From the NCBI GenBank assembly GCA_963729855.1, contig CAVSPT010000004.1, forward strand, positions 165,206-229,205: a stretch of 64,000 nt of DNA, read 5' to 3'. A model generated the notes under the pieces. The model saw nothing but the letters and a program-made list of their open reading frames with translations, did not search any database and was not told where the DNA came from. Made by a program: the position numbers and the translations under genes. Origin of the DNA: Candidatus Aminicenantes bacterium. GTDB taxonomy: Bacteria > Acidobacteriota > Aminicenantia > Aminicenantales > UBA4085. The stretch's first letter is position 1. Every line of letters starts with the position of its first letter. Shown here piece by piece: positions 1 through 8,705 of this stretch.

Positions 1-1663
1 GGAGGGACTTGAAGACGTCGAAGACGACGAAGAAGCCGGCGTCCTTCACATAGACGATGACCCGGTCGGACTGGGCGCCCCAATTGTCGTCGATGACCCG
101 GACGCGGCCGTAATCGACGTCGGGCAGGCTCAGGAAATCGACCTTCTGGGTGCGGACCCTGCGGTAGGCCCCCGAATCATGCAGGAAATCGAGGATGCCC
201 TGGCCCGGGACGGCGTCGCGGACACTGTAGCGGAATTCGCCTTCCTTCTGGCCCATGTAGATCTTTTCCGGGCGGACGCAGAGGCGGTTGTGAAAGTAGT
301 CCTGGCGGAACTGGCCGTAGGGTCCGCTGGGCATGTAATCGCGGTATCCGGCGTCATGAAGGAGGACGGAGCGGCCGGCCATGAGCAAGGGGATGGAATT
401 CTCGTCGGCGTGGCCGTGCGTCACCTTCTCCTCCTCGATCGGGATCGTGTCGCGGAGGTAGTCGCGGAAGTTGAGTCCGCCGTCGCCCTCGTCCCGGTAG
501 TTCCACAACAGGTAGGTGGAAGACGGCTCCCAGCCGTTGCGGAAGACGATCTTCTTCCCCTGCACATCGTCCATTACTTCCCGGGAAAGACCTTCGGGCC
601 GGGCGACCGGAACGGCGTCCGACCCCCAGTTGACAATGTCCATGAACATGTATCCGAGGCCGACATTGGTCGGCGTCTTGAAATCCACGTTTTTCCAGGC
701 CAGTAGGGCGGCCGCCCATTTCAGGGCCGGGTTCTTGTATTGAGCCGCGGCGGCTTCGAAGAAAACGAGGTAATGCGTCCAATTCGCTTCCCAGTGGGCG
801 TCCCCGAAATCCGGGATCATGCCCGCCGGGCTCATCAGGTTGAGGAAGTACTGGGCGTAATAATAGATGGTCGGCGTGCGGAAGAGCTCGTCGACGCGGC
901 GCCGGGCTTCGGCGTATCCGAGGAGCGCGTAGAGCCAGACGCCGTGGTAGATGGTGGCGTCTTCGATCTCCCAATGGCCCCAGTTGTCGTCGCCCAGGGC
1001 TTTCCGCTGCATGTCCCAGACCTTCGCCTGCGGATGGGCGGGCAGCGCCCGCACCGCCCAGGCCAGGTTCTCCGCCCGCAGGGCCGAGCGGTTCATGGCT
1101 CCCCATTCCTGGGTTCGGAGCATGTAGCCGACGCTCTCGGCGATGAGCGTCTCGCAGCGGATGCATTCGGCGGCCGAAAGGCGGTTCAGCCTGTGCAGGA
1201 CCTCGTAGGCCCGGATGTAGCGCATGACGGTGAAGAAATCGGGCAGGGCGGGCACGGCGTCCTCGTAATCGAAGCGCAGCTTGCGGGCCCAATCGGGGAA
1301 CTCGGAGCGATAGTCCCCGTAGGCGAGGAGAACTTTTCGGGCCCGGACGGCATATTCGGGATTTTTCTCCCGCTCGTAGAGCGAGGCATAAATCGAGGCC
1401 ATCTCCAGAAGCCCGCCGGGAGAACGATATCCGAAGACGTTCCTGGGATCGAAGGATTTGCGCCAGGCGGCCAGGGATTCGTCATAGTGCTGCCAGGCCC
1501 AGTCGGCGGAGGCCCGGGCATAAGCCAGGTATTCGGCCAGCCGGACGGGGGATGGAAGCGGCGCCGGCGCCGCCGGGACGGGGGCTTCGGCGGCCGCGCC
1601 CATGAGGCCGCACGTTCCCAGGAGAATGACGACGGCCGGAACGATCGGGCATTTTTTCATCAT
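1..1663 (-). CDS. Secreted heparinase II/III-like (polysaccharide lyase-type) protein, 3' end runs off the window; missing from the ORF track
   Basis: Read by hand on the minus strand: GGAGG RBS, then MMKKCPIVPAVVILLGTCGLMGAAAE (signal peptide). The frame is open to base 1 and contains 'PDFGD', 'IVFRNGW', 'HGHADENS' and 'YFHNRLCV', as in heparinase II/III C-terminal domains. Confidence 0.7.
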   Translation of the reverse strand, partial: MMKKCPIVPAVVILLGTCGLMGAAAEAPVPAAPAPLPSPVRLAEYLAYARASADWAWQHYDESLAAWRKSFDPRNVFGYRSPGGLLEMASIYASLYEREKNPEYAVRARKVLLAYGDYRSEFPDWARKLRFDYEDAVPALPDFFTVMRYIRAYEVLHRLNRLSAAECIRCETLIAESVGYMLRTQEWGAMNRSALRAENLAWAVRALPAHPQAKVWDMQRKALGDDNWGHWEIEDATIYHGVWLYALLGYAEARRRVDELFRTPTIYYYAQYFLNLMSPAGMIPDFGDAHWEANWTHYLVFFEAAAAQYKNPALKWAAALLAWKNVDFKTPTNVGLGYMFMDIVNWGSDAVPVARPEGLSREVMDDVQGKKIVFRNGWEPSSTYLLWNYRDEGDGGLNFRDYLRDTIPIEEEKVTHGHADENSIPLLMAGRSVLLHDAGYRDYMPSGPYGQFRQDYFHNRLCVRPEKIYMGQKEGEFRYSVRDAVPGQGILDFLHDSGAYRRVRTQKVDFLSLPDVDYGRVRVIDDNWGAQSDRVIVYVKDAGFFVVFDVFKSL

Positions 1664-1766
1664 GGAAAAGGCCTCCCGGGAGTTGTCATGAGGGCTGGAC
1701 CCTTATCATATGAAAACACGTCCCGGGATGCAAAGCTCGACATTTTCATTATAATAAGATCCGTCG

Positions 1767-2387
1767 ATGAACGAACTGCCCGACCACATCCGCCGGATCG
1801 GCCGCGAATCGGCCTTCGCCAAGGGGACTTTTCTCTTCCAGGCCGAGGAGGAAGCCGGCGTCTTCCACTATGTTTTGAGCGGCGAAATCCGGGTCTTCAA
1901 AATGGACGAACAGGGCCGCGAGCTGGAAGTCACCCGCCTCGGGAGCGGCGACTTCGTCGGCGAGGCCTTCGCCCTCGTCCACGGGCGTTATCCTTTTTTC
2001 GCCCAGGCGGCGTGTGAAACCCGGGCCTTGGTCTTCGGCGCTGATGCGGCCGAAAAGGCCATCGCGGCGGACCCTGATGCGGCCCGCTTCTTCGTCCGGC
2101 TCCTGGCCCGCAAGTGCGTCCAATTGAGCGGCCGGGTCGAGAGCCTGGGCATGAAGACCGTCCGGCAGCGGCTGGCCGCATACCTCCTTTCCGGCTGCCG
2201 CGGCGGAGGGTCCTGTGCGATCGTCCTGCCCATGAAAAAAGGTGATCTGGCCAAGGCCCTCGGCACGGTCGGCGAGACGCTTTCGCGCGCCCTCCGCCAG
2301 ATGCGCAACGAAGGTCTGATCGGAGTTGAAGGCAGGACCATCCGGGTCATCGACGGTGCCGGCCTGCGGCGCGAATCGGGCGACTGA
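1767..2387 (+). CDS. Crp/Fnr family transcriptional regulator (HcpR/Dnr-like)
   Basis: cNMP-binding fold (GEIRVFK, GDFVGE) and C-terminal HTH 'LAKALGTVGETLSRAL' with the E-x-x-S-R recognition motif. Confidence 0.92.
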   Translation: MNELPDHIRRIGRESAFAKGTFLFQAEEEAGVFHYVLSGEIRVFKMDEQGRELEVTRLGSGDFVGEAFALVHGRYPFFAQAACETRALVFGADAAEKAIAADPDAARFFVRLLARKCVQLSGRVESLGMKTVRQRLAAYLLSGCRGGGSCAIVLPMKKGDLAKALGTVGETLSRALRQMRNEGLIGVEGRTIRVIDGAGLRRESGD

Positions 2388-2390
2388 GGA

Positions 2391-2433
2391 TTTGACTTCG
2401 GTCAAAGACCGCCCCGGCATGATCCTGTAGAAT
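2391..2433 (+). promoter_or_regulatory. FNR/Crp-type box TTTGAC-N4-GTCAAA plus -10 TAGAAT (class II activated promoter)
   Basis: Perfect palindrome at 2391-2406 and TAGAAT at 2428-2433. The box centre lies ~41.5 bp upstream of the predicted start near 2440. Confidence 0.75.
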
Positions 2434-2469
2434 CCCCTGGCCGACGACCTTTACAGGGAGAAGAACCAC

Positions 2470-3246
2470 ATGGCCAAACGGAAAATCATCGAAATCGACC
2501 GCGGCCTCTGCAACGGCTGCGGGTTGTGCACCACCGCCTGCGCCGAGGGGGCGCTTCAACTCGACGCCGAGAACAAAGCCGTCCTCGTCCGTGAGCTTTA
2601 TTGCGACGGCATGGGGGCCTGTCTGGATGTCTGCCCCACGGGCGCTTTGAAAGTGATCGTGAGGGACAGCGCGGCGTACGACCCGAAAGCCGCGTATGAG
2701 CATGTCCTGAAAACCCGGGGCCGGGACGCGGCCCGGCACGTCCAGGGGATCGACGACCCTACGGAATCAAATCCGCCGAAGAAAAGGAACCCGGCGGCTC
2801 CGGCCTGCGGATGCCCGGGCAGCCTGGCCCGGGAGATCAAGCGGGACGAAACGGCCTCCGACACGAGCGTCTCCGGCCGGTCCGAGCTGACCCAGTGGCC
2901 CATCCAGCTCCATCTCGTCTCGCCTCTGGCGCCTTACCTCCGCAACGCCGATCTGCTCGTGGCCGCGGATTGCACCGCTTTCGCCCTGGGCAGCTTCCAC
3001 CAGGACCTGCTCAAGGGAAAGAAGCTGGTCATCGCCTGCCCCAAGCTCGACGACACCGAGAATTACGTCGAGAAGCTGGCCGAAATCATCAAAATCAACA
3101 CGATCGAATCCCTGACCGTGGCCATCATGACCGTGCCCTGCTGCTCCGGCCTTTGCCTCATGGTCCGGGAAGCCGTCGAACGGTCGGGCGCACCGCTGAA
3201 GCCGAAGAACGTCATCATCGGCATCGACGGCCGGATCGCCGTCTGA
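2470..3246 (+). CDS. 4Fe-4S dicluster ferredoxin-domain protein (family often linked to hcp/HcpR regulons)
   Basis: CNGCGLCTTAC and CDGMGACLDVCP motifs, plus CGCPGS, 'QWPIQLHLV', 'AADC', 'ACPKLD' and 'VPCC'. Confidence 0.85.
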   Translation: MAKRKIIEIDRGLCNGCGLCTTACAEGALQLDAENKAVLVRELYCDGMGACLDVCPTGALKVIVRDSAAYDPKAAYEHVLKTRGRDAARHVQGIDDPTESNPPKKRNPAAPACGCPGSLAREIKRDETASDTSVSGRSELTQWPIQLHLVSPLAPYLRNADLLVAADCTAFALGSFHQDLLKGKKLVIACPKLDDTENYVEKLAEIIKINTIESLTVAIMTVPCCSGLCLMVREAVERSGAPLKPKNVIIGIDGRIAV

Positions 3247-3289
3247 ATCGGCCGCCGAAGCGGCCGTTCCCGGCCCGGTCAGGCGCCCT

Positions 3290-6112
3290 TCAGTTCGTCG
3301 CCGCGGTCCGAGCCGCGGCGCAATAGATCCCGTTGAAGAGCAGCTTGAACGTGCCGTGGGGCTGGCCGCGGAAGAGGATCTCCGGTCCGAACAGGTAGAT
3401 GCGCCCCTTCCCGAAGGGGGCTTCGACGGCTTCCACCCCGCGCCAAAGATATTGATCGCCCCAGACCCAGCCGCTGCGAAGCGGATTGCCGGTCTCGAAC
3501 CAGAGGATGGGCTTGAGGCCCTGGAGCTGCGCTTGGGGGAGGAGATCGAAGACCGGGCTGTTGTCGAAGAAGACGTCGACCTGATCGGGGAGTCCATAGG
3601 CCAAAGGCCGGCTGTTGTCCGCGCTGACCCGGAGAATCGACCCCGGGACGTAGAATTTCTGGTTGGAGACGGGGATTTCCCTGCCTTCGGCGGTCTTTTC
3701 CACCAGGTGATCGGCGATCGGAAGGCCTAGATGATAGGCCAAGCCGGTGGATCCTCCGACGGCCAGGATCGTGCCGCCGTCCTCCAGATATTTTTTAAGG
3801 GCCGGGATGGTCTTCTCGGCCGTGACCCGCCCGACCATGAATTGAAATTCCGGGGGGATGTTGGAGGGGGCTCCGCCGCCGAAGCCGCCCCGGGCCGCCC
3901 GCCCTCCTTGAGGAGGCGCGGGAATGGCGCCCGAAGGGAAGAGGAGGATATCGTATCGGGCGGCCAGGTTGCCGGCATCGAGAGCGGGGGCGAAGACGAG
4001 CTCGAAGGGGAATTCGAATTGCTCCAGGAGCCAGCGCGTCCAGCCCGAATCCATCGAGCCGCCGTACGTGTCCCAAAGCCCGATGCGGGCCGGCTTCAGC
4101 TTGAGCAGGTCGACCGCGGGTTTGAAATCGAGGGCCAGAAAGGGGAGTCCCAGCTCGCGGGCGGCCCTGTCCATCACCGGCAGGGCCGATGCCTGGGCCG
4201 GAATGTAGATGGCCCCCGCGGGATAGGACTTGCCGTAGATCGAGAGGGGCACCTGGGTCCAAAACACGGCGGCGCCGATCTTGAGAAGGCGGTTGGTGAC
4301 GATCGCCGCGTCGTTGAGCTCGTGGCTCAACAGAAAACCCGCGGCCGCGGCGTTCGCCGAAGGGAGCGCTTGGGCCGGCGGCTTGGCGAAACCCTTGATC
4401 TCTTCGAACGGCCCGTCGAAGCCGTCAAGCACGCGGTCGAATCGGATTCCCATCTGGAAGGCGACCGTCCAGCCGGCGCTGTCGTAGGGCGGGCGGGGAG
4501 GGCCGCCGGGATAGGCGAAATCGTTGGGATGGTCCTGGGGCTCGAACATGGAGATGAGATGGGCCCGGAAGGCCTGCGCCGATTTGACCACCAACGAGCC
4601 GGCGGCGTAGGATTTCCCGGCCACCGTGAACGGCCGGACCGCGCGATGCACCTTGATGCCGCTTTTGATCAGGGTGTTGACGAATTTGACCGCGGTCGGG
4701 AAATCGGGTTGGTCGAGAGGGATGATGAACCCGCGCGGGTCGCGTTTGGACGGGTCGCGCAGGGCGTCGTAAAATTTCAGCGGCGCGGCCCCGCCGCCGC
4801 GCTGGTAGCCCGGCCCGGCCGGTCCGGCCGCCGTTCCGGCTCCCGAGGACGGGCCGCGCTCTTTATCGACCTGGACCTGGATTTCGGCCACGGCCTTCGG
4901 CTGGAACGTCCACGTGTCGCGCGAACCCTTGTCGATGGCGTTTTTGCCCATGACAAAGCGGTTCCAGAGGACCTCTTCGCGCCGCCGGGCGGCGAAATCG
5001 AGGATGGCCTTGTCCGCCGTGATGGAGTAGTCGATGCTCTGCTTGAAGTGCCACGTCTGGGGCATGATGGGGAAGGGATAATCGCCCTTGGGCAGGATCC
5101 GGTCGGGGATGAAGGGGATGTCCATGGGCGTGGGATTGCCGATGATCTCGGTCAGGATGCCGATGACATTGTGGAAATATCCGGCGCTGCGCAGGCCGCC
5201 GTTCCACCAGGTCGAATAATTCGCCCCCGAGCGCATGATCGCGCCGGGCTTGCCCTCAACGGCGAAGCGCTCGTGCATGGCCAGTCCGAGCAGATCGGTG
5301 CCCAGCGGGACAAGCGGGTCGAAGTAATAGTAGAACGGATCGCGGAACGGCGGGCAGAAGATGACGGTCCCGGCGGGTCCGGCCTGATGATGGTTGTAGA
5401 GGAATTGGGGATGCCAATCGATGTACAGCTCGCGGCTGACGGCCTCGGTCTCGGGCTGAGTGATCATATAGAAGTCGCGGTTGTTGTCGTGCCCGACGTA
5501 TTTCTGGTAGAGCCGCGGCAGGCCGTTCATGGACCGCTTCAAGGGGTCTTTTTCGCGCATGTACCAGTCGGCGACGAGCTCCAGGCCGTCCGGATTGACC
5601 GGACAGGCCAGCAGGATGACTTCGTCCAGGATGCGCAGGGTCTCGGCGTCCCCGCGGCTGACCATCTGCCAGACGAGCTCGACCAGGGATTGCGAGCCGA
5701 CGATCTCCGTGGCGTGCAGGCCGCCGTCGATCCAGACGACGGCCTTGCCCTCGGCGGAGAGGCGATGGGCCTCGGCATCGGTCAGCCCCTGGGCCAGGGC
5801 CAGGCGGCGGGCGATCGATTTGTAGAAGTCGAGCTTTTTGATGTTCTTGGGCGAGGTGACGACGGCCATGACCATCGGCCGGCCCTCGGCCGATTTGCCG
5901 ATATTAACCAGCGTCATCCGGTCGGATTCGCCGGCCAGCTTCTTCCAGTAGGCCAGGAGCTTCGTGTAGTTGAAGAGCTGATAATCGTCGCCGATGGCGA
6001 AGCCGAACTGCTTCTGCGGCGGCGTCGGGCCTTCCGCGGCCGCGGCCGCGGCCAGGGGAAGTCCGATCGCCAGGACGAGAATGAATAGCGGAATCCGTTT
6101 CCAGACAGGCAT
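3290..6112 (-). CDS. Secreted M14 family zinc carboxypeptidase
   Basis: GGAGGTG RBS before the ATG at 6112, signal peptide, 'HATE' (HxxE), 'NPDG', 'DNNRD' and 'HHQ'. Confidence 0.88.
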   Translation of the reverse strand: MPVWKRIPLFILVLAIGLPLAAAAAAEGPTPPQKQFGFAIGDDYQLFNYTKLLAYWKKLAGESDRMTLVNIGKSAEGRPMVMAVVTSPKNIKKLDFYKSIARRLALAQGLTDAEAHRLSAEGKAVVWIDGGLHATEIVGSQSLVELVWQMVSRGDAETLRILDEVILLACPVNPDGLELVADWYMREKDPLKRSMNGLPRLYQKYVGHDNNRDFYMITQPETEAVSRELYIDWHPQFLYNHHQAGPAGTVIFCPPFRDPFYYYFDPLVPLGTDLLGLAMHERFAVEGKPGAIMRSGANYSTWWNGGLRSAGYFHNVIGILTEIIGNPTPMDIPFIPDRILPKGDYPFPIMPQTWHFKQSIDYSITADKAILDFAARRREEVLWNRFVMGKNAIDKGSRDTWTFQPKAVAEIQVQVDKERGPSSGAGTAAGPAGPGYQRGGGAAPLKFYDALRDPSKRDPRGFIIPLDQPDFPTAVKFVNTLIKSGIKVHRAVRPFTVAGKSYAAGSLVVKSAQAFRAHLISMFEPQDHPNDFAYPGGPPRPPYDSAGWTVAFQMGIRFDRVLDGFDGPFEEIKGFAKPPAQALPSANAAAAGFLLSHELNDAAIVTNRLLKIGAAVFWTQVPLSIYGKSYPAGAIYIPAQASALPVMDRAARELGLPFLALDFKPAVDLLKLKPARIGLWDTYGGSMDSGWTRWLLEQFEFPFELVFAPALDAGNLAARYDILLFPSGAIPAPPQGGRAARGGFGGGAPSNIPPEFQFMVGRVTAEKTIPALKKYLEDGGTILAVGGSTGLAYHLGLPIADHLVEKTAEGREIPVSNQKFYVPGSILRVSADNSRPLAYGLPDQVDVFFDNSPVFDLLPQAQLQGLKPILWFETGNPLRSGWVWGDQYLWRGVEAVEAPFGKGRIYLFGPEILFRGQPHGTFKLLFNGIYCAAARTAATN

Positions 6113-6174
6113 GGTCACCTCCGGAGGATCGATCGCCGAATGGGGATATATATCAGACGGGCGGCGGGGAAGTC

Positions 6175-6218
6175 AAAAAAGTCCTGCCCGGGGCCGTCCG
6201 ACAGCCCCGGGCGGGACT
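6175..6218 (-). terminator. Intrinsic terminator after the DUF6305 gene
   Basis: Minus strand reads AGTCCCGCCCGGGGC-loop-GCCCCGGGCAGGACT followed by a T-run. Confidence 0.75.
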
Positions 6219-6224
6219 GAACGG

Positions 6225-6881
6225 TCAGTTGAACAGTTTTTTGACGATGTCGACGAGGCCGAGGGCGTAATCGACCTGGGCGAAGGGGACCTTGGTCTTC
6301 TCCACGATTTTGGAGAAGCGGCCGTCTTTGTTGCTGTCCTTGGTCACGACGATGTAATCGGCGAAGGGGGCCACGGCGTCGATCATGCGCTCGTTGTCGC
6401 TGCCCGCCGGGCCGCGGGTGGCGGTTCCTCCGGCGTGCACGGCGACGAGATAGAGGCCGTTCTTCTTGCAGTATTCGACGAGCTTCTTGACCCGGGCTTC
6501 CTCGGTGTCGACGGTCAGCCCGGAGGCGCCCATGCCCTTGAGGCTGGCCCCGATGGCGATGATGACGGTCTTGTAGGGCGTCCCCTTGGGGAATTTGGCC
6601 GTGTCCGTGTTGACTTCGACGTGGAAGCCGGACGCGGATTCCTTGCCCGCCAATCCGACGCCGGCCTTGACCAGATCGGCCGTCGGGACGTCGCAGTAAT
6701 CGTACTTGATGTCGGCCTCTTCCATGACGATGTTGAGGGCGTTGATGTCGTTGCTCTGGCCCGCCGACGTCGTCAGGACGGGCAGCTTGGCCTTGGGCGC
6801 GGCCGTCTGGCCCGCGGCGAGGACGGCCGCGGCGGCCAGCAGCGCCAGACCGAGGATCGATGACAGGGTTTTGCTTTTCAC
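6225..6881 (-). CDS. Secreted DUF6305-like protein
   Basis: AAGGAG RBS before the GTG at 6881, signal peptide, 'TSAGQS', 'IGASLKGMGASG', 'HAGGTATRG' and 'NKDGRF'. Confidence 0.75.
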   Translation of the reverse strand: MKSKTLSSILGLALLAAAAVLAAGQTAAPKAKLPVLTTSAGQSNDINALNIVMEEADIKYDYCDVPTADLVKAGVGLAGKESASGFHVEVNTDTAKFPKGTPYKTVIIAIGASLKGMGASGLTVDTEEARVKKLVEYCKKNGLYLVAVHAGGTATRGPAGSDNERMIDAVAPFADYIVVTKDSNKDGRFSKIVEKTKVPFAQVDYALGLVDIVKKLFN

Positions 6882-6914
6882 GATCATTCTCCTTAAGTTC
6901 TTCTCTATAAGACC

Positions 6915-6944
6915 ATTATATAGAGCCGCAAGAGCCGAATTCAA
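6915..6944 (-). promoter_or_regulatory. Internal sigma70-type promoter for DUF6305
   Basis: TTGAAT-N18-TATAAT on the minus strand. The spacer contains CGGCTCT twice. Confidence 0.55.
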
Positions 6945-6965
6945 CTCGGGCCCGTCTCCCGGCAT

Positions 6966-8687
6966 TCACCGTTGTTCTTTTTCGAACCAGGCGTCGACCA
7001 TTTTTACGGCCTTTCGCCAGGTCTCGGAATAGGCTTGGACGCGCTCGCGGCTGCGTTTGGCCGCGTCGTAGAAGCCGAGGTGATTGTACTTGACCAGCAG
7101 CTTATCGCCCAGTTCCCACCAGGCATTGACGATCATGTCGGCCTGTTCGATGCAGGTCCTGGTCAGAAATTCGCGGGCCTTGGCCTGGCTCTGGGCATAG
7201 AGGGCCTGGGCCCGCTTGTCGATGTCCGGGACCTTGGCCACCGCGCCGCCTTCCCACTCGACCTGCGCTTTCTTGACGTCTTCGATGGCCAGGTTGTAGG
7301 CGACCTGGGTGTGATAATCGACATAGTCAAAAGCCCAGCGGGCCGAGGCCCGATTGAAGACGAAGTGGTCGCCGACGGTGAAGGACTTGGGGATGGCCGT
7401 CATCCCGGCGTAGAGGGGGATGTAGCAGGAGGTATCCTGGGGTCCGAAGGCCAGCCAGACGATGCCGCCGATCGGGGCCGGCAGGCCGGGGCGGCACTGG
7501 ACGAGGCTGGTGTACTCGACGTTGGCCACGCTGATTTTGCGGGTGCCGCCCCAATAGTTGGGGTTCTGGAAGGGGCCGCCGCGGATGCCCTGGACGGGGT
7601 CGAAGATCGTCCCATAGGATTTGTCCCGGGTCAGGTTCATGACGTCCTGCACGGAGATCTTTTTGTCGGGCTTGACCGAGAAGGGCAGGTCCATGTTCGG
7701 AGTGTTGGGATTGAGCTTGAGCGAGGGGGCGCAGGCGTCGAGGAACCGCCACATCCGCTGGCGCCGGCCCTGGCTGCTCAGGGCGCTGCCTTCGGCCGGG
7801 GAGTAGGCCTTTTTCCAGCTGAAGGGTTTGCCCGAGGCCGGGTCGTAGAGCTTGTTGTCCACGGCGCAGGAGATGACGTTGGGCGAGGCCATGAAGAAGT
7901 CTTTGTTGGCCAGGTTGATCTCGCCGATGCGGGATTCGTTGGGGCAGACCGAGACGTGGTCGTCCGGCAGGCGTTCCGCGCACCAGACCGCGCCGGGCTT
8001 TCCGCTTTCAGGGATCCAGAGCGGGCCGACGGGCATGATTTCGAAGATCCAGACTTCGTTGGGGTCGGACACGGCGAACATCTCGCCGTCGTCGTTGAAG
8101 CCGTAGCCGTAAGTTTCGGCCAGGGAGCCCATCGTTTGGATGCACTCGCGGGCCGTACGGGACCGCTCCATCCCTAAAAGGGATAGCATGGTCAGGTCGA
8201 TCTTTGCCGAAGGCGTGTTGTTGACCAGCTTGCGCACCGTTCCGATCGTGGATTCGGAAATGGCCACCTGGTTCTCATTCATGTATCCGAACATGCCGTG
8301 GTGGTAGGCGTAGGTGTGGGCGGCTTCCGGAATGGAGAAGCCCGTGTCGCCCTTCTTCGGGGCGACCGCCCATTTCGGACCCTCCGGCCACGTCGTGTAT
8401 TGGTTGATGTGCCAGATGGGACGCACCGCGCCGGGCTTGTGATCGGCGGCCGGGACATGTCCCCAGGTCCAGTCGCACGTCCCGCAGTCGCAGGTGTGCG
8501 TCGTCATGGTCGAGCCGTCCACCGAGGCGGCCTGTCCGACCATGATGACCGTGCAGGCCTCGGATTTCGGGCCGAGGACGTCTTCGCCCGCGGGCCGGGT
8601 CCGCTGGGAGAAGACGATGAGAGCGGCGGCCGACAGAACGACGGCCGCCAGCAGGCCGATGACCGGTCCGCGTTTGCGATGATGCAT
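6966..8687 (-). CDS. C69 family dipeptidase (Ntn hydrolase), paralog 2
   Basis: N-terminal anchor, 'ACTVIMVG' nucleophile Cys, 'MNENQVAISEST' and 'ARWAFDYV'. Confidence 0.88.
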   Translation of the reverse strand: MHHRKRGPVIGLLAAVVLSAAALIVFSQRTRPAGEDVLGPKSEACTVIMVGQAASVDGSTMTTHTCDCGTCDWTWGHVPAADHKPGAVRPIWHINQYTTWPEGPKWAVAPKKGDTGFSIPEAAHTYAYHHGMFGYMNENQVAISESTIGTVRKLVNNTPSAKIDLTMLSLLGMERSRTARECIQTMGSLAETYGYGFNDDGEMFAVSDPNEVWIFEIMPVGPLWIPESGKPGAVWCAERLPDDHVSVCPNESRIGEINLANKDFFMASPNVISCAVDNKLYDPASGKPFSWKKAYSPAEGSALSSQGRRQRMWRFLDACAPSLKLNPNTPNMDLPFSVKPDKKISVQDVMNLTRDKSYGTIFDPVQGIRGGPFQNPNYWGGTRKISVANVEYTSLVQCRPGLPAPIGGIVWLAFGPQDTSCYIPLYAGMTAIPKSFTVGDHFVFNRASARWAFDYVDYHTQVAYNLAIEDVKKAQVEWEGGAVAKVPDIDKRAQALYAQSQAKAREFLTRTCIEQADMIVNAWWELGDKLLVKYNHLGFYDAAKRSRERVQAYSETWRKAVKMVDAWFEKEQR

Positions 8688-8705
8688 GCCTCTGCTCCTT
8701 AGGAA

